Shown here one piece after another: positions 29,768 to 38,956 of a stretch of 40,876 nucleotides of DNA (positions within the stretch are counted from its first letter, which is position 1; each line of letters opens with the position of its first letter). The stretch is from a virus: the IMG/VR virus record IMGVR_UViG_3300037483_001478, positions 135,989 through 176,864 of that record. One strand, 5' to 3'. The notes under the pieces are model-generated. The model did not search any database, was not told the DNA's origin, and saw only the letters and a program-made list of their open reading frames with translations. A program made the position numbers and the translations under genes.

Positions 29768-30143
29768 CTAGCCGTCTGAGAATTGCGCATCCCTGGCGCA
29801 TTGTTCTGCAGCGTCTTCCAAGAACTCTTGGGACGTCATTTCTCTACTGCATACAACCCTACCCACGGTAGGTTCGGCAGCCGTAGGGTCGGCTGCCGGT
29901 TTTTCTTTTTCCGGGCAGGTCGTAGGGCATACGTGGTCTTTGCCGTGAGGCCATGGCTGCTTTTGGCCGCACCCCAGGCACACGAACAGCGTTTTTCCGC
30001 TTGGCGACGTCGTTCGACCAAGCGGAACACTAGGGTAAGTCGGCGTTTTATTCTGCAAGTGCATAGCAAACGCCATGAGCTCTTCCATTAGATCGCGGGC
30101 TCTATCCGCGAGCTTAAGAGCAACCACATGATCGGGGTCTTGG

Positions 30144-30569
30144 TTATACTGAACCACAAGGTCGCTCCTCTGCGCGTTCGTCCTTTTCTTCGGCGAGTAC
30201 CCTGAAATAGGGCACACCTCCAGGAAAGCTTGACCATGTTTCCCGAGGGGTGCAGAACTCGACTTGTTTTGTAGCCAAGCCCAAGCAGATCAGCTCATCG
30301 ATATCTCGATGCCCTCCCCATTGAACGCCGTTTCGGTCCTGGCAAGCATTGAGGAAAGACCAGCCCCCGTCACTAAATGCCTCTGGCAGGCAAGCCAGCA
30401 GGGTGGCGATATTGTCTTTGTTCTTCTCCAATTTTTTGGGGTCGAACCCGAACCTCGCTATCACGCCGCGTACTATCACGGCATCCTCTGGCGGTTCGAT
30501 CGTGCCTGCAGGCAAGTCGTACAGGCAGTCCATCAGCACCTTGACCAGGTTCTCTGTGGTCAGCTGCAT
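30144..30569 (-). CDS. Hypothetical phage protein
   Basis: GGWSFLNACQDRNGVQWG...PGGVPY. Confidence 0.7.
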   Translation of the reverse strand: MQLTTENLVKVLMDCLYDLPAGTIEPPEDAVIVRGVIARFGFDPKKLEKNKDNIATLLACLPEAFSDGGWSFLNACQDRNGVQWGGHRDIDELICLGLATKQVEFCTPRETWSSFPGGVPYFRVLAEEKDERAEERPCGSV

Positions 30570-30802
30570 TGTAGTAGCTTCCTTTTGATGATCGCTTCGC
30601 GATCTCGGTTGAATAGAGGAGAGCAACACCCTTCGCCAATAGCCAGCTCCTCCCTATAGGTGCCTGCTAGCGCGCAGATGTATCGCTCGCCGTTGTGTAG
30701 TAGGCCGGGGCATTGCGCAGTGGGCCCGACCTTGTAGTGCACCTGCCCCACAACGCAGATGGCTGTTTTACAGCAGTAGCCACTACCTACGCAGGCGCTC
30801 AC
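30560..30802 (-). CDS. Small Cys-rich protein
   Basis: CVGSGYCCKTAIC..CPGL..GCC. Confidence 0.6.
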   Translation of the reverse strand: MSACVGSGYCCKTAICVVGQVHYKVGPTAQCPGLLHNGERYICALAGTYREELAIGEGCCSPLFNRDREAIIKRKLLQCS

Positions 30803-31122
30803 GGGAGGTCGTTGTATACTTCTGCTAGGGTAGTTATAGCGACGTCTGCTGCGGCGATGTCTGCAAGGAATTCGCGCATTTCTGCGATCTCGTCTGACAC
30901 ACTGACGTCGATTACGTCACCTAACCCAGTGGCGTTGCCTGCTTTGCGTTTCCAGGACGCTATCGATCCCATGGCTTTACGCATTCTTTTGGTAGTGTCG
31001 ATCAGGTTGTCGAGCGCCCCTGCAGCGCTTCTGCACTCATCCACCACCCGTTCTTGGAACTTCTTGTCTAGATAGTCCTTGTGGATGGCTACATCAGGCT
31101 TAGCAGATTTCTTGTTAGGCAT
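30799..31122 (-). CDS. Hypothetical protein
   Basis: Coupled ORF. Confidence 0.6.
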   Translation of the reverse strand: MPNKKSAKPDVAIHKDYLDKKFQERVVDECRSAAGALDNLIDTTKRMRKAMGSIASWKRKAGNATGLGDVIDVSVSDEIAEMREFLADIAAADVAITTLAEVYNDLP

Positions 31123-31472
31123 CAGATCCTCATTGCTTGTTCTACAGTAACAAGCTTTACTTGAAGGCGCCGAGCGCGCCGGTTATCGCCATACCCGTAA
31201 TCCTTGGGAGATCCGGGCACGTCTGTCCAAATGTACTCAATGTCAGAATGGCAAAGGTAATAGCAGGGTTCTCCCTTAAACTCCGAGCGGTGGTAGGTTA
31301 CATGGCTGTCCTTCTTGAGCGGGGACTCGTTAGTGTAGTTGTGGGCAGCTGCCCACTCGTGAAGGTCCTTACACCTTCGGCGCATGGTGCGGTAGCTGAT
31401 TTTGGCAGCGGAGACTGTCATAGCGTCGATGTCTGAACCTTCCGCATCGACGCAGCATGTGGTGTAGAGCAC
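31122..31472 (-). CDS. Hypothetical phage protein
   Basis: AAGGAG RBS; HVTYHRS..GEPCYY..HS.IEYIW. Confidence 0.65.
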   Translation of the reverse strand: MLYTTCCVDAEGSDIDAMTVSAAKISYRTMRRRCKDLHEWAAAHNYTNESPLKKDSHVTYHRSEFKGEPCYYLCHSDIEYIWTDVPGSPKDYGYGDNRRARRLQVKLVTVEQAMRI

Positions 31473-31540
31473 AGGTTATTCTCCTTCTTAGAAGGCCTTG
31501 CGGCGTTGCTCGCACCCCCGCGAGCTCTGAGTTTCTGGAG

Positions 31541-31943
31541 TTAGGCGTCCTCCCACCTATCTGCCATCTTTTGGATAGCTGCTTGGGGAACGCCGTGCAA
31601 ATTTCTTCTTGCGTAGAGTTGTAGGGTTTCTGGGCTAGGACGTGCTTCTCCCACTACGACAATTTCCACGTCGTAGCCAAGGTGCTGGGCTATAGCTTCG
31701 TATATTGCCCACTCCCATTTCTGCGTATTGGTGTTGTCGACGATGACCAGGGGCTCTTTGGCAGCCATGCAGTTGAGCGCACGTACTCAGCATGGGCTAC
31801 CCCTATGTTGCGCGGGCCGAAGTCATAGCCTTAGGCCCGTAGAAGTAGCTATCTGCGGAGCAGACAGCAGCGTTAGGCCATTCTTTTCTGACTAGGGTGG
31901 TCTTGCCAGATCCGGGCAGGCCCCTAAGGATGATCAGCTTCAT
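31541..31943 (-). pseudogene. AAA_33/N4BP2-like P-loop kinase with two frameshifts
   Basis: MKLIILRGLPGSGKTT..CSADSYF / GYDFGPRNIGVAHAEY / LVIVDNTN..RNLHGVP lie in three different frames. Confidence 0.8.
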
Positions 31944-32420
31944 TTAGACCTCTTTATCTATTTCTGCGCCGCTTATCTTGTCTTCTAGAAAACTGTTTCT
32001 CTCTAACCACTCGAACACGTTCAACCACTGCACGCCTTTGGCGTGAGCAACAAATCCTCCTCCGCCAAACTGCGCGCAACGCATTTTGGAGCAAGTGGCT
32101 GCCCAAGACAAAGTGAAGGTGGACTTGGGGCGGAACGCCTTCAGGAATGCGTGCATAAGGTGCGCTACAACATCGACATTACCAGACTCCTCCGCATAAA
32201 CCCACAGACGATTGCCTTCGAGGGTGTACTGGAAGCCTGGCCATTCCTCTTCTAGTGCGTCTGCAGCGTGGCTGGCGTAATGAATGGACTCAAGGCGCTG
32301 CAAGCGCTGTGCTGCACTCTCTCCTTCCTCCATAGGACGGAGTACGTTTTTCCACCAGGCTACTTCTTCGTCGGTCAAGTCACATAGTTCTTCAGAAAAC
32401 TGGAGGTAATTGTCGGCCAT
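31944..32420 (-). CDS. Hypothetical phage protein
   Basis: MADNYLQFS..WAATCSKMR..FGGG. Confidence 0.7.
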   Translation of the reverse strand: MADNYLQFSEELCDLTDEEVAWWKNVLRPMEEGESAAQRLQRLESIHYASHAADALEEEWPGFQYTLEGNRLWVYAEESGNVDVVAHLMHAFLKAFRPKSTFTLSWAATCSKMRCAQFGGGGFVAHAKGVQWLNVFEWLERNSFLEDKISGAEIDKEV

Positions 32421-32427
32421 CTGGTAA

Positions 32428-32862
32428 TCATCCTTTGGCGCTGGACTCTTCAGGTTCTTTCTTGGCGCAGTCTGGGCAATTTTCGGGGTGCTCTACAGTC
32501 ATTATCAGCCCTACGAGCGCCTTGGCCGCTTTGTGTACGCACTTCTCAAGGCACTCCGTACGGGGAGCCAAAGGTTCGCACTTTTCTCTCACGGTGCGGT
32601 ATAGCATGGTCTGGAGGAGGTCTTCAAAAGACCACCCGCTTAGGCTGACCTTTTGCTGGACGAGAGCGTCGTAACTAATTCGGCGCTTGTGCAGCCCTAC
32701 TTTCATAGCCCACCCTGGACAGGTTTCTTCCTTGCAGCCACAGACCACGGGACTGAAGCCGATGCTTTGTAGCATCTCTTCCGTGATGAATGGTTCCCTA
32801 AGGCGCTCCCGCATAACATTGGTGCTTTCTAGGTACTTGCTAACGAATTCTTCTTTGGTCAC
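32428..32862 (-). CDS. Hypothetical protein
   Basis: GGAGG RBS; CGC..CPGWAM. Confidence 0.6.
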   Translation of the reverse strand: MTKEEFVSKYLESTNVMRERLREPFITEEMLQSIGFSPVVCGCKEETCPGWAMKVGLHKRRISYDALVQQKVSLSGWSFEDLLQTMLYRTVREKCEPLAPRTECLEKCVHKAAKALVGLIMTVEHPENCPDCAKKEPEESSAKG

Positions 32863-32927
32863 TGCTTTCCCTCCAAAGTAACGAAGGCGGGAATCGAACC
32901 CGCTAAAGCCTCTTCTCTTCGTAGTTC

Positions 32928-33329
32928 TTATACCGGAAGTTCACTGAATTCTTCAGGGTTCATAGGAACGCGCCCCTTGTGTTGCCCCAAAAACTCTTCG
33001 ATGGTCTCTCGCTTCGCAAGGGATAGGCTCCCCCACCACCCTGGGCTGCCTAAGTACACCCAGTGTTTGCGGTTGAGGTCTCTAGGGTGCTGCCCTGGCG
33101 CCAGAATCTGAGGTATTCCCCACAGCTCTAGCGTGTGCTCTTTTCTGTACAAGGTTTTGATAGAACGCAGTTTACCTTTCCATAGCAGAAGCTCGACTGC
33201 CGCCAAGAACTCGTCTTGGTCTGCACGCTCTACAACTACTTCGCCGTTCAGGCTTCGAATGATGAGATCTTGGTCCCCTCCTCCCGCCAATTTGATCCAT
33301 CGTCCTACTTGTTGCGCTGAGTCCTTCAT
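32928..33329 (-). CDS. Hypothetical protein
   Basis: AGGAGG RBS. Confidence 0.6.
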   Translation of the reverse strand: MKDSAQQVGRWIKLAGGGDQDLIIRSLNGEVVVERADQDEFLAAVELLLWKGKLRSIKTLYRKEHTLELWGIPQILAPGQHPRDLNRKHWVYLGSPGWWGSLSLAKRETIEEFLGQHKGRVPMNPEEFSELPV

Positions 33330-33366
33330 TGCGTCCTCCTAGCTAAAGGGGCAAGGGCCCCTATTG

Positions 33367-34092
33367 TTATGGACAGTCATTCTTGTCCCAGACGGGGTCG
33401 TTGATTTGAATTTGGCACAACTGCGGGTTGCTGGAGAAGTTGAAGTACTCCTTGTTCCGAATGTCTTTACCGGGCTTGAAGTTGGGGGCTATGAACCTCT
33501 TTAGGAATGGGTTGCTAGTGACGCGCAGCAAATCTGCTTCCTCCAGTTTAGGCAGTATTACTTCCTCCAAATTGGAAGTTGAGATACTCATTCCCGCCTT
33601 ACGCAAACTTGGAAGCTCGAGTACGGCTTTCGCTTCCTCTACATAGTACACGTGTATGTACTTTGCCTCTTCTAGCGCGGGAAGGTTAGGCGGTAGGCCT
33701 AGAGAGCGCAAGGAGTCATTCAGCACGCGCAGCTTAGGCAAAGTTACCGACAGCACTTTCGTGTCTGTTATTAAGGTGTCCATGACTTCCACATTGCGGA
33801 GTAGCCAAGCATCCAAGGCGTTTTCGACCCACACGGCGTCGCCGAGAACCTCCGTCAGGGCGTCCTCGTTGCAGTAGTGGTACACCGCCTGAATTTCATC
33901 ATCATCGAGGTTGCCGTTTTGGTTGAGGTCGATTCCGGAGAGGAGGGTCGCGCCGCCGCTAGCACAACCCTCCTCTCCAACGGCAAGCGGAGTTTCTGTG
34001 GTGAGGAACTCAAGGTCTTCGGGGTTCAGCGGGTCCAACACTCGGCCAGTACCGCAACCAGAGAGAAGGACAACAATCAGCAACTTCTTCAT
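33367..34092 (-). CDS. Lipoprotein with an EF-hand-like D-x-N-x-N-G-x-LD motif and L-domain/LRR-like repeats
   Basis: Lipobox LSGC; GCASGG..GIDLNQNGNLDDDEI..YCN; repeated LPxL. Confidence 0.75.
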   Translation of the reverse strand: MKKLLIVVLLSGCGTGRVLDPLNPEDLEFLTTETPLAVGEEGCASGGATLLSGIDLNQNGNLDDDEIQAVYHYCNEDALTEVLGDAVWVENALDAWLLRNVEVMDTLITDTKVLSVTLPKLRVLNDSLRSLGLPPNLPALEEAKYIHVYYVEEAKAVLELPSLRKAGMSISTSNLEEVILPKLEEADLLRVTSNPFLKRFIAPNFKPGKDIRNKEYFNFSSNPQLCQIQINDPVWDKNDCP

Positions 34093-34152
34093 GGGATTCT
34101 CCTGTGTTCGAATGTTTCCTACACAGTACTTATCCCAGGAATACGCGCAAAT

Positions 34153-34494
34153 TTAGGTATTTTCTGGACTGTCTTTTCTTAACGTTTGAATGTCCTCCGG
34201 TACCTCATACCACTGGTCCAGAAGGTAACCTACCCCTCCCATTTTGTGTTCATGCTTAGGCTCGAATGACCTCAGGCATGCTCGAATGACTCGAGAAGCT
34301 TTTTCATGGTCTACCCCTTCTTTTGGAAGAGGAAAAATTCCCCCTTCGTAGAAGTATATCCCGGCCAGGCGGCAAGCACGGTGAGATGACTCCTTGAACT
34401 CGTCAGGCAAATCATCCCACTTGGGCAACAGAGTGCCTATGACATGTGCAGGAAAGGCTAGCGTGACGTCGTCAACTTCGGGAATGTCGATCAT
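34153..34494 (-). CDS. Hypothetical phage protein
   Basis: SFEPKHEHK motif; AAGGAG RBS. Confidence 0.7.
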   Translation of the reverse strand: MIDIPEVDDVTLAFPAHVIGTLLPKWDDLPDEFKESSHRACRLAGIYFYEGGIFPLPKEGVDHEKASRVIRACLRSFEPKHEHKMGGVGYLLDQWYEVPEDIQTLRKDSPENT

Positions 34495-34940
34495 ACTTTA
34501 TCTCCTTTGATGGTTGGCGGTTCGTGCGGCATGAGAGGTTGGGCAGGACCTGGGCGCATGCTCAGCACGTCCCACTCATAGCAGGCGTTTAGCGCGGCTT
34601 CTGCTTCTGGTACGCCGGCCGCTACTTCTGCTGTGTAGATATCCATTACTTCCCGTTGCAGGCCCCAATGGCTGGCCACGCGCTCTGCGGCATCTTTCCA
34701 CGATTCCCCTGCTAGTCGGGTGAGATACAGACCTACGGGTTTTTCTATTTCGGATCGCGCGAGCAAGTAGTCGACAAGGTCGCATACCCAGCAGCAGTCT
34801 TTGCGCGGCCCCACGTTTTCTTCCTGTTTGTCGCACAAACGGATAAGCCGCCCAGCGGCCTCCTTGAGGGCATCAGGATTACCGCGGAGCGCACATAGTT
34901 GGAGCTCCTTTGACTTTTCGGATAGTTGTTCATTCGCCAT
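34491..34940 (-). CDS. Hypothetical protein
   Basis: GAGG RBS. Confidence 0.6.
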   Translation of the reverse strand: MANEQLSEKSKELQLCALRGNPDALKEAAGRLIRLCDKQEENVGPRKDCCWVCDLVDYLLARSEIEKPVGLYLTRLAGESWKDAAERVASHWGLQREVMDIYTAEVAAGVPEAEAALNACYEWDVLSMRPGPAQPLMPHEPPTIKGDKV

Positions 34941-34950
34941 AAAATCCTCT

Positions 34951-35181
34951 GATCGGAGTGGAATGGGTTGTCTTACGAAATGGTCTGACCCGGCATGTCA
35001 TCTGGCTGGGCACGACATGGATTGTCTACGGTCCGGTCCGGCGAGGTATGTCTGATAGGGCCACTGGTAGTCTTCTGGATCGAGCGGCCTTGAATGGCTT
35101 GGTTCGGATTGGCTTGTCTAAAGAACGGGACCGACGAGGCTTGGATTGCCTGCATGATTAGGTACGGAGTGTCTATAGGCC
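34951..35181. repeat. Orphan pentamer (GGY-NN / GTC) array 3
   Basis: GAAAT GGTCT GACCC GGCAT GTC / GGCTG GGCAC GACAT GGATT GTC / GGTCC GGTCC GGCGA GGTAT GTC. Confidence 0.85.
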
Positions 35182-35583
35182 CTACGGCCGCCGTATTGCT
35201 GTGCTCCAAGTTATCTTTACGAGATTTCCAGGAGCTGGCGGCCCTACATTGACTACGCGCAGAAGGCCTTCTTCTACGTCGTACCCAGAGATCCTCAAAT
35301 ATACTTCCGCACGTGCTATTGCCGCATGTACGGCCGAAGGCAGTCGCGCCCCTTCTTCAGGCTCGCAGTCTGTCAATTGGAAGAGCTCTACCTGGCCGGG
35401 GTACACGTTGCAGGCAGTACCTAAATCTAGCCATCTGACCATGGGCCCTGTTCCAGGTTCATGGAATCCAGCCTCCTCGAACACCACACCCTTGTCGCCT
35501 TTTGAGACATGGGCGCCTTCTGGGTCTAGGTCTTCTAAGGCTATCACCATGTCTCCACGCCGAAGTCTCATCACATCCGTCAT
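35182..35583 (-). CDS. Hypothetical protein, SH3-like N-terminus
   Basis: LRRGDMVIA..KGDKGVV..VRW. Confidence 0.6.
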   Translation of the reverse strand: MTDVMRLRRGDMVIALEDLDPEGAHVSKGDKGVVFEEAGFHEPGTGPMVRWLDLGTACNVYPGQVELFQLTDCEPEEGARLPSAVHAAIARAEVYLRISGYDVEEGLLRVVNVGPPAPGNLVKITWSTAIRRP

Positions 35584-35922
35584 AGAAATTCCTTTGTCAA
35601 AGAAGTAGGGTGCAAGCTTCGACGCACAAGCTCATTGCTTGACTTTACCGGCGCCTATTCTCCAAGTGTAGTCGCACCTCCTACAGCGTAGAACAAGAGC
35701 GCCGTCTTCCTCTGTGTAGTAGGGCCGATGCCCGCCAATTAAACAGAGAAGTTCTTGCCACAAGAATTGAAGTCTTTGGGCTCGCCTGCGTATCCATCCC
35801 ATACGTTTTCTCCCGTTTGAGTCCACCGCAGGCATTCGAAGCTTTTGTCTTTTGGGAATAGGGTGTGCATTACCTGACGCGCCGCAGCTTCGTCGCAGGC
35901 TCTGACGAAAAATCCTCGTGCG

Positions 35923-36561
35923 CTACCCTTGGACTTCTTTTGCCGGGTTACTCGGAACAACGTAGAGCCATCGACATTTTGCCTCAGCACAGATTTCATC
36001 GACCACCTCTGCTAAAGGGCGAGTCGCATCTATAATAATCCATTGGGCGTCTCCTGCTCGGGATGCCCACAGCGCATTGTAGAGGTCCGCCGCTTCTTCT
36101 ATTTTGTGGGGGGTTTCGTAGAGTTCTGTAACACCTTTTCGTTGTTGTACTCGCCTCCAAGCAACATCAGGGGGCACCTGCAAAAGTACATTCAGATAAG
36201 GCTTGGGCATCGGTTGATGGATGTGTTCCAAGAACACAGGGTCGAGCCCGTCCATTTGTCCGTACACCCAGCCGCTTTGCCAATAGCGGCATAGAATGAG
36301 GTCGGCCTTCAGGTTATCCTCATAGTGTTTGAGGATTGGGAAGCACTCCAGACGGTTGACCGTCTGGAGTGCTTGAAACGCTAGAGCTTCTGCGTGCGCG
36401 TTTGTAGCGTGCCACTCCTGCCGCAAATATTCTCGTATGACCTTTCCAGTCACAGAGTCATCGTGAGGGAACACCAGCGTGCTAGCGTTCATTCTTTCCG
36501 CCAGCGCGTCCATTACAGTGGACTTCCCACAACCATCTAGACCTTCAAGAACGAGAATCAT
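35923..36561 (-). CDS. tmk: Thymidylate kinase
   Basis: LVLEGLDGCGKST P-loop, FP motif, LILCRYWQSGWVYG, IDATRPLAEV. Confidence 0.88.
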   Translation of the reverse strand: MILVLEGLDGCGKSTVMDALAERMNASTLVFPHDDSVTGKVIREYLRQEWHATNAHAEALAFQALQTVNRLECFPILKHYEDNLKADLILCRYWQSGWVYGQMDGLDPVFLEHIHQPMPKPYLNVLLQVPPDVAWRRVQQRKGVTELYETPHKIEEAADLYNALWASRAGDAQWIIIDATRPLAEVVDEICAEAKCRWLYVVPSNPAKEVQG

Positions 36562-36820
36562 GGTGTCTCCAGCTAGCTTGTCCCCTACGGGAGAGGGTCG
36601 GGGCTCGACAATCGTATGGCCTTCGTTAGCAGCTCCCAGGTTTTTTCCCAGGTTTGCAGCTCTTTTTGTAAAGTTCGGCGGTGTTCTAGGTCTCTGTTGG
36701 CGTTCTCTAGAAGGTGCGTAACCCGTGCTTCTAGAGTAGCTACTTTATCCTCTAGGCGGTCTATTTCGCTCTCTAGCTTTGCGCGGTTCATGCAGGAAGG
36801 GCAGGGGCAGAGTGATTTCA

Positions 36821-37369
36821 TCAAGCCACCCGGCCGACCCTAGTAGGAAACTCCTCATTTATCGTATTTTCAATCTCGGCAATGACACCCATCTTCGCGT
36901 CGATGCCTTGCTTGCAGGTGATTTCGAAGTCCTCGCGCTCCCAGGCGTGGTTGTCTTCCAGGAGCTCCAGGTGCTCTTTGCGGGACTTCTTGGCTTCGGC
37001 AGCTTCTTCGTTAAAGGCCTCTCGCACATCTTCTTCAGCCTTTGCCCTCGCCACGCGCTTTTCCTCGATTTTGTCCGCGGCTTCTGCTTTGAGAAGAGCA
37101 ATGCCCTCGTCGAGCTCTTGAAGTATGCGCGCCTTTGCCTCCTCAAAAGCATCCGTGATGCGCTGGATGTTTACTTTCTTACTAGCGTCGAGCGCTTTGA
37201 CGACCTCGAGAGGCCTATGTTCAGCCCTACTTCGTTCTTCCTTGTGGCGCTCAAGCATTTGAGTACGGTCGGTGGGAATCTGCGCCTTGTAGTCTTTCAG
37301 TTCTTTCTGGGCCTTCCGCAGGCGGGTGCGTAGATCTTCCAGGCGTTCTCTTCGTACGGGATTCATCAT
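36821..37369 (-). CDS. Coiled-coil protein
   Basis: E/K/A-rich; GGAGG RBS. Confidence 0.65.
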   Translation of the reverse strand: MMNPVRRERLEDLRTRLRKAQKELKDYKAQIPTDRTQMLERHKEERSRAEHRPLEVVKALDASKKVNIQRITDAFEEAKARILQELDEGIALLKAEAADKIEEKRVARAKAEEDVREAFNEEAAEAKKSRKEHLELLEDNHAWEREDFEITCKQGIDAKMGVIAEIENTINEEFPTRVGRVA

Positions 37370-37409
37370 TCCTCCAGGCGATAGCTCTTATAGCTATCTA
37401 TTAGATGGG

Positions 37410-37715
37410 TCAAGTCTTTGCTGCCGTTTTGCCCGTTTCGCACTTCTTTAGGACTTCATCCAGCCATATCTTGCCAACAGGCGTGCCGAGCCATTGGACC
37501 ACAGTGGCTGCAACGGTATAGTCGCGGGCCGAGGGGAATCCGGGCCGGCTTCCGTCGCCAATCATCCAGGCTAGAAGGCTTTCACTGTAGCGTTCATTTT
37601 CGTCTTGCCAGGCTTTGGCAAACACGCGCTCGCGCGAATTGAAAGGGTCGTTCAAGCGGTGTATATGAAGACCTTGATAGGGTTTCCTCAGTCTAGGTTT
37701 TGGGACATTTTTCAT
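37410..37715 (-). CDS. Hypothetical phage protein
   Basis: FAKAWQDEN..VAATVVQWLGTPVG. Confidence 0.7.
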   Translation of the reverse strand: MKNVPKPRLRKPYQGLHIHRLNDPFNSRERVFAKAWQDENERYSESLLAWMIGDGSRPGFPSARDYTVAATVVQWLGTPVGKIWLDEVLKKCETGKTAAKT

Positions 37716-37791
37716 TATCTTTTCCTGGTGTCTGTCGCGGAGACGACCGCTCGTCTAAACCAACGTCGCGCACGCGAAGCTCTGTATCAAG

Positions 37792-38259
37792 CTACTGATG
37801 CTCGATGTACAGTTTTGCTTCTTCCCGGATACGGTCTTCTATCCATTTTTTCATGAGGACCTGGTATCCGATACCTTGTCGCTGCGCGAATTCACGGAGG
37901 GCGCCGAGCACCTTCGTCGGCATTCGAATGCTAATCATGGTCGATTCGGCCTGCCGTGGCACAGCCTCGGGGGCATCCTCCCACCCTTTAAGTGTGTTGC
38001 TCCCATCCGCCCAAGCGGTGGCCTCTTGAGCGAGTTCTTCGGGTGTCGCGCGTCTTTCCTGGTTCGCTCGAGCACCGACGGTGGCACCAAGCAGGAAGCA
38101 AACCATGGGGTCTACCCCCACCACCATTTCTTTGTTGCTCCAGACGAGCTCTACAAGCTCGTCTAGGTGTCGGTTGACAAGCCGCCCCACCTCTTCTGGC
38201 GTAAGCTTATCTTCATGAATCTCCTCTCCATTAACGATTTTCATTGTTTTGTCGCTCAT
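37792..38259 (-). CDS. Protein with a C-terminal CopG/BrnA-like ribbon-helix-helix
   Basis: MISIRMP..L..FAQRQGIGYQVLMKKWI. Confidence 0.7.
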   Translation of the reverse strand: MSDKTMKIVNGEEIHEDKLTPEEVGRLVNRHLDELVELVWSNKEMVVGVDPMVCFLLGATVGARANQERRATPEELAQEATAWADGSNTLKGWEDAPEAVPRQAESTMISIRMPTKVLGALREFAQRQGIGYQVLMKKWIEDRIREEAKLYIEHQ

Positions 38260-38743
38260 CTCTAGCCCTCTGTTTGTCAAACCAAGCTACCTGCAAGGCG
38301 CTATAGCCATGTATGGCCTCTAGGCGGTTTACGAGCTCATTGTGGTACTGCGATAGCATATGGAAGCAAAGAAGGTCTGAAGGCACTGTTATCGTCAGCT
38401 TATCTAACATCTTGTCGAGCATAAGCACTTCAATAGGACTGAGGGGCAGGGTAGCTCTACCTAGCCCTATCAGCGCCTGTATAGCGGAAGGCCCGTGGTA
38501 CCAGTAATACGAGTAGAACGTTTTCGCCGTGGCCTGGGTAAACAACTTGTCCCGTAAAACCAATCGAGGGAATGGCCTATGAGCAAAGAACGCCTTATGG
38601 ATTTGGAACCGGCAAAGGCTGTACATTTCCTTGCTGGCTTCTTCGATGTCTTTCGAGCGGGGTATTTCGGGGGTGGGCCATAGGCGGATAACGCTCAGCG
38701 CGCGTAGGGTTATCCAGAACAGATAGTCCAACAAAAGGCTCAT
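38231..38743 (-). CDS. Hypothetical protein
   Basis: AGGAG RBS; promoter motif at 38790. Confidence 0.6.
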   Translation of the reverse strand: MSLLLDYLFWITLRALSVIRLWPTPEIPRSKDIEEASKEMYSLCRFQIHKAFFAHRPFPRLVLRDKLFTQATAKTFYSYYWYHGPSAIQALIGLGRATLPLSPIEVLMLDKMLDKLTITVPSDLLCFHMLSQYHNELVNRLEAIHGYSALQVAWFDKQRARDERQNNENR

Positions 38744-38956
38744 CTATAGTCTCCTAGGTATAAGGCTTCCCTTACTAGCGCTCACTATTCTTATACCACT
38801 TCCATTACTCATATTTAGCTAAGCTATTTGTAGGGGGCTAGAGCCCCTGGACTGCATTCAACGCCGTAGCAGACTGGTTGTCTGTCCCTACTATCCTTAT
38901 ACCTTCTTTCTTTCTAATATTGACCCCTCCAATGGCCATGGCCATTGGAGGGGTCA

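Noticed and set aside
34973-35209. 78-aa ORF over array 3
   Set aside because: The underlying 5-nt periodicity explains the sequence, and the ORF overlaps the upstream gene without an RBS.
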